From contig JAGIQG010000010.1 of the NCBI GenBank assembly GCA_024679065.1, positions 61,876,001 through 61,940,000 on the forward strand: 64,000 nucleotides of DNA, in the 5' to 3' direction. The notes beneath the pieces are model-generated. The model saw only the letters and a program-made list of their open reading frames with translations. It searched no databases and had not been told where the DNA came from. Shown here piece after piece: positions 50,291-61,405 of the stretch (positions are counted from its first letter, which is position 1; the number at the start of each line of letters is the position of its first letter). A program made the position numbers and the translations under genes. This stretch comes from Sphyrna mokarran. Lineage: Eukaryota.

Positions 50291-51162
50291 AGGCAATTAG
50301 GAGAAAAACTAGAAAAGGAAGCAACTTCAGGCTTGAGATTAAGGAGAAAGTTTGGCTAGATCCTTGAGATAAATAAATGCAATTGTGTCAGATATATGGC
50401 CATCTGTAAGAATTGATTTTCCAAAAGTTGTCTTCCCATTTCATAATTTCTTATGAATATTAGAGTTTCCACAGCAAGTGTTTGTGGCATTAGAAATAAA
50501 TAACATAATAAGATTTTAATTACCATGCACAGTTGTAATGGCAAAAACGCTGAGGCTTCCAAGTTAATGGGTATATTGTTTTTGGTTTAGCTTCTTCACT
50601 CACTGTTAAAAAAAGAATTTTCGCAACTTCTTGGTAGCAGTTAAAACACAAAAAAAATCATGATAATTACTTACAAATTATTATTTAAAGAGGATGTCAA
50701 TGGTGAGATTTCCTCCTAAATTACTTTGATATATTAAGTAATTGGAACAGACTATTTGCACTAATGTGCCTCTTTGAAAGTGTAAATATTCACTTGTATT
50801 TATGTATTGCCTTTAACATAGCAAAATGCCTCAAGGCACTTCACAGAAATGTTCTCAGGTAAACTTTGACACTGAGGCACATAAAAAGATATTCAAACAG
50901 GTTGCCAAAATCTTGATCAAAGAGGTTGGTTCTATTTATGATACTACTTTGCTTTTGTGTCATTGATTTCTCTACTGGGAACGACTGCCTTGGAGGAATT
51001 CTACTCTTCTCGCTGACAGGATATCCGTTTGTCTCTTTTATTTTTATATCTTCTTTGCTTCTCATGTTCGATTAGGTATCCACCAAAACTCATTTTCACA
51101 GTCACGTCTCTTCCATCAGCAACATTCCCCAACTCATTCCATGGAAATTCCAACTTCATGGT

Positions 51163-51425
51163 ATTTATTTATTTCACTTATTATATTACAAGTAGGCTTA
51201 CATTAACATTATAATAAAATTACAGTGAAAATCTTCTGGTCGCCACACTCTGGTGCCTATTTGAATCAATACATCTAACCAGCATGTCTTTCAGACTGTG
51301 GGAGGAAACCAAAGCATCCGGAGGAAACCCATGCAGACACTGGGAGAATATGCAAACTCCGTACAGACAGTAACTCAAACTGAGAACTGAACCCAGTCCC
51401 TCGCACTGTGAGGCAGCTGTGCTAG
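51163..51425 (-). mobile_element. tRNA-derived SINE, same subfamily as 46250-46548
   Basis: acaagtaggcttacattaac tail, tgtgggaggaaacc core, actgaacccagtccctcgcactgtgaggcag head. Confidence 0.85.
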
Positions 51426-51439
51426 CTAAAAGCAAATGG

Positions 51440-52440
51440 TAATCATGTCTCTCTTTGGAAAGTAGAAGTTTTCAACATTGCTACAGAAGACTGGATATAG
51501 TATGTGGAGCATACTGGAGCAGGGACCCAGATGTATAATTTGATCCCAAGTTTAGTGTTCCCAAAGGCAACCGACATGAAAATATTTGCAGAGCTTGTTG
51601 AGCTAGCAAAGGGACATACTATGCCCTCAGTAATATTACAAAGATACAATTTTAATTCAACGGGGTAAGTCCCAGGGAGATCATTGCAGCCTTTTATAGC
51701 AAGATTAAAACAAATCATGGAGCACTGTGATTTTGGGTTAGAGCATTAAATTAAATTTGTATGCGATGTACAAAATGCAACAATAAGAAGAGAATTGTTA
51801 GCTGAATCAGAGATAATGCAAAAATAAAATGTTGCAGATGTGGGAGTTTGCGCATTCTCCCTGTGCTTGCATGGGTTTTCTCCAGGAGCTCTGGTTTCCT
51901 CCCACACCCCAAAGATGTGCTCTTGGGCTAATTGGCAGAACAAATTCTCCCTAAATTGTCTCAAATTTGGTTTCAATCCATAGATCTATAAACATTGACA
52001 GGGATCACGGGTAGAAGTGGGAACATCGAGGTGGCAGCGTGGGCTCGTTGGGCCGAAGGACCTGTTTCCCGTGCTGTTTTGTTCTTTGTTCTTTGTTCAG
52101 ATGGCTTCAGTGATGGAGAGCGGAAAGAAGAATGATCAGGAGATAAAAAGTGCTCAGAGTGATTTGGTCCACCTGTGAGGGTGATAGGTTTCAAGCAGTA
52201 GTGACACAAGGAGTGAAATTGTTGTTGGTTTAAGGAGAGAGATGAATTCAGAAGCCAGAAGAGATTCACAAATTATAGAAGATTTAACAACAGTCTGAAT
52301 AATGCAGAGTGCTATTGGTGCAGAGGAAGTCTCTCTCCAGAAACGTGCAGATTTAGAGAAACAGAGTGCTTCATGTGTGGAAGGAAAGGACATTTGAGGC
52401 ACAAGTGTAAAAAGAAACAGGTCTGCCCAATACCAACAGA
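51440..52440 (+). pseudogene. Gypsy gag relic with CCHC zinc knuckle; SINE inserted at about 51838-52098
   Basis: MSLFGK..FNIATEDW..YVE, PSVILQRYNFN, FIARLKQIMEHCDFG; 52367-52408 encodes CFMCGRKGHLRHKC (CX2CX4HX4C). The two parts may derive from different copies. Confidence 0.7.
51838..52098 (+). mobile_element. SINE 3' part with CR1-type tail
   Basis: Core ggagtttgcgcattctccc...ggtttcctcccaca; 3' end gggccgaaggacctgtttcccgtgctgt + (TTGTTCT)n, similar to the young CR1 3' end. Confidence 0.75.
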
Positions 52441-55096
52441 GTAAATAATCCAGCCCTAGTGCATAGTATGGATGATTGGACTGTATGTGAATGGAACAGA
52501 TCAGAAGATGAGTTACTCACTGTAATATTCATAGCTTCTGACCTGTTCCTGTATCCACTGTGTTTATGTAATGAGTCTAGTTGAGTTTCTGGTCAATGTT
52601 ATCCCCAAGAATGTTGACAGTGGGAGATTCAATGATGGTTACACCATTGAATGTTAAGGGGTGGTGGTTAGAGTGCCTCTTATTAGAGTGCTTGGCATTT
52701 GTGGGGCACAAATGTTACTTGCCACTTGTCAGTCAAAGCCTAGATGTTGTCCAGATCTTGTTGCATTTGAACATGGACTGCTTCAATATCTGAGGAATCA
52801 CGAATGGTGCTGAACATTGTGCAATCATCAGCGAACATCCCCGCTTCTGACTTTATGAAGAGAGAAGGTCATTGATGAAGTAGCTGAAGATTGTTGGACA
52901 CAGGGCACTACCCTGAGGGACTCCTGCAGAGATGTCCTGGAATGGAGATGAATGACTTTTCACAACCACAACCGTCTTCTGATATAGCAGGTATGACTCC
53001 AACCAGCAGAAAGTTTGCTCCTGAAACCCACTGATTCCAGTTTTCTAGGGCTTCTTGATGCCACACTCCATTGAATGTGGCCTTGATGTCAAGGGTTGTC
53101 AGTCTCACCCCACCTCTGGAATTCAGCTGTTTTGTCCCTGTTTGAACCAAGGCTGTAATGAGGTCAGGAACTGAGTGACCCTGGCAAAACCCAAACTGGG
53201 CATCACTGAGTAGGTTATTGCTGAGCAGATCCTGCTTGATAGCACTGTTGATGATCCCTTCTATCACTTTACTGATAATTGAGAATAGACTGATTGGCCA
53301 GTAATTGGATGGGTTGGATTTGTCCTGCTTTTTGTGTACAGGACATACTTGGGCAATTTTCCACATTGTTGGGTGGATGTCAGTGTTGTAACTGTACTGG
53401 TAGAGCTTGGCTCGGGAAACGGCAAGTTCTGGAACACAAATCTTCAGTAATTTTGCCGGAACGTTATCAGAGCCCGTTGCCTTTGCCGAATCCATTGTTT
53501 CCAATTGTTTCTTGCTATCACATAGAGTGGATTGATTTGGCTGAAGACTGGCATCTGACATGCTGGGAACAACTGAAGGAGACCGAGATAAATCATCCAC
53601 TCGGCATTTCTAGCTGATGATTGTTTCAAATACTTCAGCCTTATCTTTTGCACTGATGTGCGGGGTTCCTCCATCATTTAGGTGGGGATATTTGTGGAGC
53701 CTCCTCCTCCAGTGATTTGTTTAATTGTCTACCATTATACAGATTGGATAGGGAAGGACTGCAAAGCTTAGATCTGATCTGTTGGTTGTGGGATTGTCTA
53801 TCACTTTTTTTTTTGCCGTTTGAAATGCAAGTAGTCCCATTTTGTAGCTTCACTAGGTTGACACCTCATTTTTAGATAAGCGTGGTGCTGTTCCTGGCAT
53901 GCTCTCCTGCACTCTCCATTGAACCAGGGTTGATCCTCTCGCTTGATGATAATGATTGAATGGGGGATATGCTGTTGCGGATTGTGCTGGGGTACAATTC
54001 TGCTGCTATTGGTGGTCCACTGTGCCTCATGGTTGCCCAGTCCTGAGTTGCTAGATTGGTTTGAAGTCTGTCCCATTTAGCACAGTGACAGTGTGAAGAT
54101 TATTCTCAATGTGAAGATGGAACTTTGTCTCCACAAGGACTGTGCAGTTGTCACTCTTTCCGTTACTAACATGGAAGGCTGCATCTGCAGCTGGCAGATT
54201 GGTAAAGATGAGGTAAAGTATTTTACTTCCTCTTGTTGTTCCCTCACTACCTGTTGTGGATCTAGTCTAGCAGTTATATCCTGTAGGACCCAATCCCCTC
54301 AATCAGTAGTGCTACTGCCCAATCACTCTTAGTGACGGACATTGAAACCTCCTGTCCAGAGTACATTTTGTGCCCTGCCACCCTCAGTGCTTTCTCCAAT
54401 GTTGTTCAACATGGAGGAACACTGATTCATCAGCCGAAGGAGGATGGTACGTGGTAAATAGTAAGAGGTTTCCTTGCCCATGTTTAACCTGAAGCTATGA
54501 GACTTATGGGGTTCAGAGTCAATGTTAAGGACTCCCAGGGCAACTCATTTCTGACTATATACTACTCTGCCACCACTTCTGTCCTGCTGATGGGACAGGA
54601 CATATCCAGGGATGATAATAGTGATGTCTGGGGTACTATCTGTAAGGTATGGTTCTGTGAGAATGACTATGTCAGGTTGTTGCTTGACTGGCCTGTGAGA
54701 CGGCTCTCCTAATTTTGGCACTAGCGCCCAGAAATTAGTAAGGAGGACTTTGCAGGATTGACATGGCTATTTGTCTGTTTGTTTTGCCATTATCTTTTCC
54801 GGTGCCTATAACAATGCCACGTGGTCTGTCCTATTTCATTCTTTTGTTGAGACTTTGTTCCAATGAGTAGCCAATTTCAGAGGGTAGTCGAGAGTCGACC
54901 ATATCACTATGGCTCTGGAGTCACATATAGGCCAGACCATGTAAAGACGGCAAATTTCCTCCCCTAAAGGACATTAGTGTATCACATGGATTTTTCCGAC
55001 AATCAACAATGGTTTCATGGTCATCAGTAGATTCTTAATTCCAGATATTTTTTATTGAATTCAAATTCCGTCTGCTATGATGAACCTCATGATGAA

Positions 55097-55196
55097 CACC
55101 TCATTCGCCTGACGAAGGCACAAAGGCCGAAAGCTAGCAGGTTTACTATCAAATAAATCGGTTGGATTTAAAATTGGTGTTGTCAGATCTCTTACT
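55097..55196 (+). mobile_element. PLE terminal-repeat fragment inserted in the LINE head
   Basis: aaataaatcggttggatttaaaattggtgttgtcagatctcttact is homologous to 3859-3903 and 33809-33854. Confidence 0.75.
55106..55139 (+). ncRNA. Second minimal hammerhead-ribozyme-like motif
   Basis: CGC-CTGACGA-A-GGC(ACAAAG)GCC-GAA-AGCT-A-GCA: intact core, 3-bp stem II, palindromic AGCU. Confidence 0.55.
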
Positions 55197-58100
55197 GATT
55201 TGAACCCAGTTTCCCAGGACATCATCTGGGTTTCTGGATTAATAAATGAGCAATAATACCACTAGGCCATCGCCGTTTGGCCGCTGAGATAGGTACAATT
55301 ATGTGAAGATATTGTAGGGCCCCTGCCACTGCTGTATCTTCCTCTTATTCGAGAAATCAGTCCTGTTGACTCATAAAAATGTACAAAGAAAGTCTGTACG
55401 TCTGATACAAATACTTACACATCGGCTTCAACTTTCCTACATTTTTCAGATAACAGTAAGAATGAAGATTGCATTTCATAACCAATCAGTACATTGCCTC
55501 ATATTTATCCAGGCTTTGAAAGCGTAAGGAAACACTTGCATAAATTATATCCATCTTTTCTGCTCTTTAACATTAAACTGATGCATCCATTATGACCTAA
55601 GCACATTCAATAAATTGGAGGTGAAACAGCATACGGTAGAAAATGAAGATTATTATTAAACAATCACTTGATCAAAATGAATTTGATTTTAGTATCATGT
55701 TTGTTCATAATCTGACACCGAACATAAATGGAGCTCAATACCACAGTGGTGCTTCATTAGCAAATCACCAAACACCCAGGGCAAACTATTTTTATTCTGA
55801 CACAATCCACTGAAGAAATGAATAGTATTATATACAATCTGTTTAGGAGACATTATTAATGAATTGTCCTAGTCTCACTAGAGTTGGAAGTGGGTAGCTT
55901 ATTAGGCTATTCAAGCGCATATTGTGAAAAGATAAATATTATTTGCTGGCAATTAATTTGTACTGGCTATTGTCCAGGGATAATCAGTATCCACAGTCAA
56001 GTCTGTAATTCATTGGTTTGAAGTCCTAGTACACAAAACTAGAACTATCAGAAATAAAATAGACATTCAAATTGAGTGCAGTTTTCACAGAAATTGCTAC
56101 AAAAAATATATCTATATAACAATTTGTTTTATGCCAAATCATTTCAGTTTCCCAGAAAGTTAATACCTATAGTTGCTTAAAATAGACCCTTAACAATTTG
56201 AGAGAGCAAGCACTATTCAGAGTAAGTATTCTCCATTGCCTACTTAGTGAAGCTGTGTCATTCAGAGAGAATTTAAAACAGGATGGGTGCACAGATTTAT
56301 TTTGTGCATTTAGACCTTTATAATCCTGGCTGTTTTGAAACCTGTTCCAAAAATGTGATGTTCCACAAAACTGAGAGGCCCTAGATGTCAAGTCGTACAG
56401 ATCACAGTTAACCTAAAGAGATGTCCAGATACTGGCTGCTTATCACAGCAATCGAGCCATCAGGATACTCTGGAGCTTTGGCCTGTACACAAACAAGGGA
56501 AATCAAGCTTCTGTTACACTTTGTTGCTTATCCTTTTGTGCTAACAGCGCAATCCATGTAAGATATTGTTGTCCTTCTAAAGATTATGTGCCAAGACATG
56601 AAACAAAAGCATTAACGCTCAGAGAGCTTCCACTCCCTGAGTGTCAGCACTCAGCAGGGGTAGTGACTGCTTGAATAAATGAATATTATAGTAATATCAC
56701 CATTTTTAATCTCTAAATGTCATCCACTGTGGTGTCTATAGATGGCATTTGCAAAACTGAATTATTTTTGGGGAATCATTGTTTTAATTAGCCGTGACCG
56801 CTATAGAAAGGGAAGTTTAACAAAACAAGTTTGTCAGGTGAATTGTTCTCTACCAAGATGCAGTAATGAACATATTCTATTTGCAGAGCAAATGAAATAC
56901 CTTTTCAGTCTCTGGTAGTGAAAGTGATTATTTGCTGTTTGCTGCAATGAGGTGATGCCCACATGGAGAAGTGTGTATTACATTATCCTGAGGTAAAACT
57001 ACTGCAGCATTTGAATCATTGATGAAAACAGGTGTACTCATTCCTTGCCTTTGCGATCAACAAATTGCTGCATTTACCAAATGTTCATTTGAAGTGTCAA
57101 CACATCTTCAAAGAACATTAAATTTCTTATTGTATTCAAAGCATTTCTGTGCTTAAAACAAGATTCCTAATCAATCCCACTCAGACTACACAAACATTAA
57201 ACTCTTATTGTTTGATACTCCCACTTTGTGAACAGTTCTGAATAACTTATTCTTTGAAAAATTACTTTGAGAAAAAAAAAGATAGTTGTGATTACAAGAT
57301 TAATGAATGAATCTACCTTTTTGGGAAGCCTTTCTTTCCTCTATTCCTAGCCTGAAGTAACATAATTGTAAGAGAATCAGAAGAGACATAATGGTATGAT
57401 TGATTAACCAGTAATTAGAATATTGTGTTCAGCTTTGAACACTTTTATTTTTGGAGGAGAACAAGGACCATCAAGAGGGTGAAGAAGAGATTCATGTTAC
57501 CAGTGATGAGTGGTTTTAGTTATGAGGAGAGACTCGAGAAATTAGCACTCTTTAGCAGAGACTTTTTTTTAAGGATTTGATAGATGTGTACAAAAATCCA
57601 GAGATGTTTTGATGAGGTAAATGTGGAAAATGTACTTCAACTGATAAGTGAGTGGGTAACTAAAACAGGTACATTTAAAATCATTGCCAGTGGATAGAAA
57701 GGGATGGATGAAGAGAAGGATATTTTGAGAGCAGTTATTAGGACTTTAAATCTCCTACCAGGAACTTTGGTGACTATTTCTGTAAAGATAATGAGGATAA
57801 ATATTATGTGCTGGTCTCGGTGCCAGTAAGAGGATTGGGTCCCATTGCCACAGGAGTGAATGCAGCAGCTGACTGTGATTATGCAGCAGCTGGCCAATTA
57901 GTGGTGCAGGATTCTTCTGGTGGACTAGCGGAGGTAGGCCATGAGATGTCAATCTTGATTTCACCTAGTGGGAAAGACATTCAAAGGGTTGACATGGGAT
58001 ATCCCTGCAGTTTAGCAATGTCTCCCAGCAAGTTCTCCTCCATGTTGTAAGGAAAAGTCAGGTGCTTCTTGACTGAGAATATAAGAAGATACCCATCTCC

Positions 58101-58744
58101 CAAACTGAGTAACCCTGGCCAGATGTTATGGAGGAGATCAGCAGTCATGGGGTTATCCACTAATTTGGGATGGAGCGTCGTAACAGGTCAACGGCTTCCT
58201 TTTCTGTGGTAGGATCATTTGACTCTATTCTCTGAAGTTTACATGTGGTAATATGTGACAGTGTATTATAAAAGGAGGGACTGGGAAAGAGAAATGGCAG
58301 CCTCAGATCCTTCTGATGCATAGCTGCTTCTCAACAACAGTCAGCCATTTCTTTGCTGACTCCTAGCGGATCCCTGGAGAGTGGACATTTAGAGGAGGGC
58401 CACCCTCAAAAGCGTTAGGCAGCTACTTGCCTGAGTCCTGCACTAGTCTTCACAGAAAACAAACAGTATCCATCCTTTTACTTTCAGGAAAAAGTAGGCC
58501 CACAACATCAAGTTGAGACAGGTAGAGGAAGTCCCAATATTCCTTTTTTGATGTTGGATGCAGAGGATGCCCTGGAAGAGGCTGGTTGTGCAATTGCAGA
58601 TGGGAAGACAAGAAAATCAGTACAAGAGAGTGCGGGGACAGTGGCACATGTGGATATATGGAATTCACATTGGGCATGGACGCAATCTGATGATGTAAAG
58701 CCTTGAAGCCCTAATAGATTGCATTCTCTCATGAATTTCTTGCT

Positions 58745-59676
58745 GACTGATGTGATGACAATAATATCTCAAAGTCAACAAAATAAAGGAGATAGTCATT
58801 GAGTTCAGGAAGCATAATGGAAGACATGCCCATGTCTCCATCAACAGGCATGAAGTGGAAATGGTGAAGGGCTTCAGGTTTCTAGATGTCCAGGTCACCA
58901 AAAATCTGTCCTTGTTACCGACACTATAGTTAAGAAAGCCTACCAACACCTTTACTTTCTCAGAACAAAATTTGGTATGTTTGCTTTGATTCTCATAAAC
59001 TTTTACAGATGCACCATAGAAAGCATTCTTTCTGGTTCTATCATAACTTGGTAAGACTTCTGCACTGTCCAAGACTGCAAACACATACAAAGAATTGTGA
59101 TCGAAGCCCAGTCCGCCACTCAAACCATTGACTCTACACTTCCTGCAGCCTCGGAAAGGCAGCCAGCATAATCAAGGACCCACACATCCACGTACTAGAA
59201 TAGAATTCTTAGCATCCCTACAGTGCAGAAGGAGTCCATTTGGCCCATTGAGTCTGCACTGACCATAATCCCACCCAAGCCCTATTCCTGTAACCCCATG
59301 CATTTACCCTAGCTGGTCCCCCTGACACTAAGGGGTAATTTAACATGGCCAATTCACCTAACTCACACATCTTTGGACTGTACTCTCTTCCATCTTCTTC
59401 TGTCAGGAAAAAGATACAGAAGTCTGAGATCATGTCTGAAATCACATACTAACTGACTCAAGAACAGCTTTTTCCCTGCTATTATCAGACTTTTGAGTGG
59501 GCCTATCTCATATTGAGTTGATCTTTCTCTACAACGTAGCTACAATTATAACACTACATTCTGCATTCTCTCCTTTCCTTCTCTATGTACGATATGTTGT
59601 CTGTATTGTATGCAATAAGCAACACTTTTCACTATATACTAATACATGTGACAATAATAAATCAAATCAAATCAAA
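58745..59676 (+). mobile_element. Rex1/Babar-like LINE 3' fragment with SINE inserted at 59197-59379
   Basis: KIKEIVIEFRKHNGRHAHVSINRHEVEMVKGFRFLDV and NFYRCTIESILSG remnants; tail AATAATA(AATCA)n at 59653-59676; SINE flanked by GTACT (59192-59196 / 59380-59384). Confidence 0.75.
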
Positions 59677-60718
59677 AGGATGGTCCACCACTGAAACTGG
59701 GAGCCTGCAGTCTGTCTCTAAGGAGGAGGAGTCTCAGATAGGGCACTGTCACATTATTCCCCAGCACCCTCCCAAGCATGGGTACTGGGATACTGGCCAG
59801 AAGTCTCTGGCCATTCATGCCCTGCTGCTGTTGCCAGTGAGAATAGAGAACTGTCACTCAGCCAAATCTCTATCCACTGTAATGTTACCAGAGAATCCCA
59901 GCTGCAGGTAAAGTCGGAGGATCTGTCCCACTGATATATTGCTGGATCTGCATTATTGATTAAATTCAGGTCACAAGCTGGTGACTATATCACAGGAGTA
60001 CCTCAGCAGCTGTTGGAGGCTGTGAAAGTTGAGGCCATGAACAGTCAGAATCAGGCCCGTGCTAAGTCCCTGGTTGTTGACGTGCTTCTGGATTCATCGG
60101 CAGCAAGGAATCTGCTGGAGTTGCCAGAGGTCATGCACAGCTATGCATGGATGATGGAAAGCCTAACCAGGCTATAAGTGCTGCCTGTCACTTGAATTCT
60201 AATGAGTCGGGGGGGTGGGAGAGGTGGGGCGGGGGGGGGGGGGGGGGGTGATTGGTAGCGGCAGATCATGTAAAAGTACATTGAAGTGAGGTGAGATTCT
60301 CTGGTTTTCAGGCCAGCGCAGCTGGAGAATTCCACCACACACATAAGCTGCTCATTCATAGAGTGCAATCTTTGCTATTGATGAATATAGCTGGCTGTTG
60401 TGAGGAAGCTCTTAAGGCCCCATGTGTGGGGCCTTAGTATGATCCCATAGTATGATATATGTTTCAATTAGGTTGTCTCTTACTTTTCTAAACTCCAGCA
60501 AAAACAAGTCTGTCAAACCTTTTCTCATAAGACAATCAGCCCATTCTTGTACTGTCTTTTCTCATAAAACAATCAGCCCATTCCTGTACTATCATTTCAC
60601 TTTGGATCTTCCCCCATTACCTTAGACTTGATAACCATTACTCTCCATATATCTTCTCGCCTCTGAACCAACACCCATTACCTTATCCTTGCCCACTCTG
60701 ATACTGACCCCTCTCATT

Positions 60719-61405
60719 AGACCTCTGAAGATGGAAAAGCAGGTTAATAGGGTGTGAAAAAGGCATATGGCACACTCGCCTTTATGAATCAGGGTATAGA
60801 TTACAAAAGCAGTGAAATCATATGGGGTTGTGTAGAACTTTGGTGAGACCACAGCTGGAGTATTGTGTGCAGTTCTGTTTACCAGAAGGAAAGATGTGAA
60901 CATACTGTAGGGGAAGCAGAGGAGATTTACCAAGATGCTGCCTGGGATGGAACATTTCAGTTATAAAGAGAGGTTGGATAGGCTTGAGTTGTTTTCTCTG
61001 GAGCAGAGAAGACTTGAAGGGGCAACTTGATTGAAGTGTTCAAGATTATGAGAGACATGGATATGGTGTATAGGGGGCAGCTGTTTCCCTTAGTTGAAGG
61101 GTCAGTTACGAGGGGCCACATGTTAAAAGTGATGGGTGGGAAGTTTAGGGGCGATTTGAGGAAAAAGCTTTTTTACCCAGGGGGTGGTGACAATCTAGAA
61201 TGCACTGCCTGGGAGGGTGGAAGAGGCGGGATTCCTTGTATCCTTTAAAAAACACCTAGATGAGTACCTGACTCGCCATAACATTCAGGACAATGGGCCA
61301 AGTGCTGACAAGTGGGATTAGGTGGACAGCTCAGGGCCTTTCATGCATCAGTGCAGTCTCGATTGGCCAAAGAGACTCTTCTGCGCTGTAGTTTTCTGTG
61401 ATTTT
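60719..61405 (+). mobile_element. CR1 LINE 3' fragment
   Basis: KKAYGTLAF, LVRPQLEYCVQF, LFSLEQRRL, IEVFKIMRDMD..TRGH motifs with frameshifts; 3' UTR and (TTCTGTGA)-like tail. Confidence 0.85.

Larger units (their letters stand above)
52455..55274 (-). mobile_element. CR1-group LINE with single APE-RT ORF and tRNA-like 5' head; 3' end missing
   Basis: Minus strand: box A TGGCCTAGTGG (55259-55269), box B GGTTCAAATC (55197-55206); APE start LLTNFWALVPK...QQPDIVILTEPYL near 54750; RT WKIAQVCPVHKKQDKSNPSNYWPISL..AQFGF (ORF 52908-53600). Confidence 0.85.

Noticed and set aside
60208-60249. G-run as functional G-quadruplex
   Set aside because: Low-complexity tract inside a degraded repeat; homopolymer length is unreliable.
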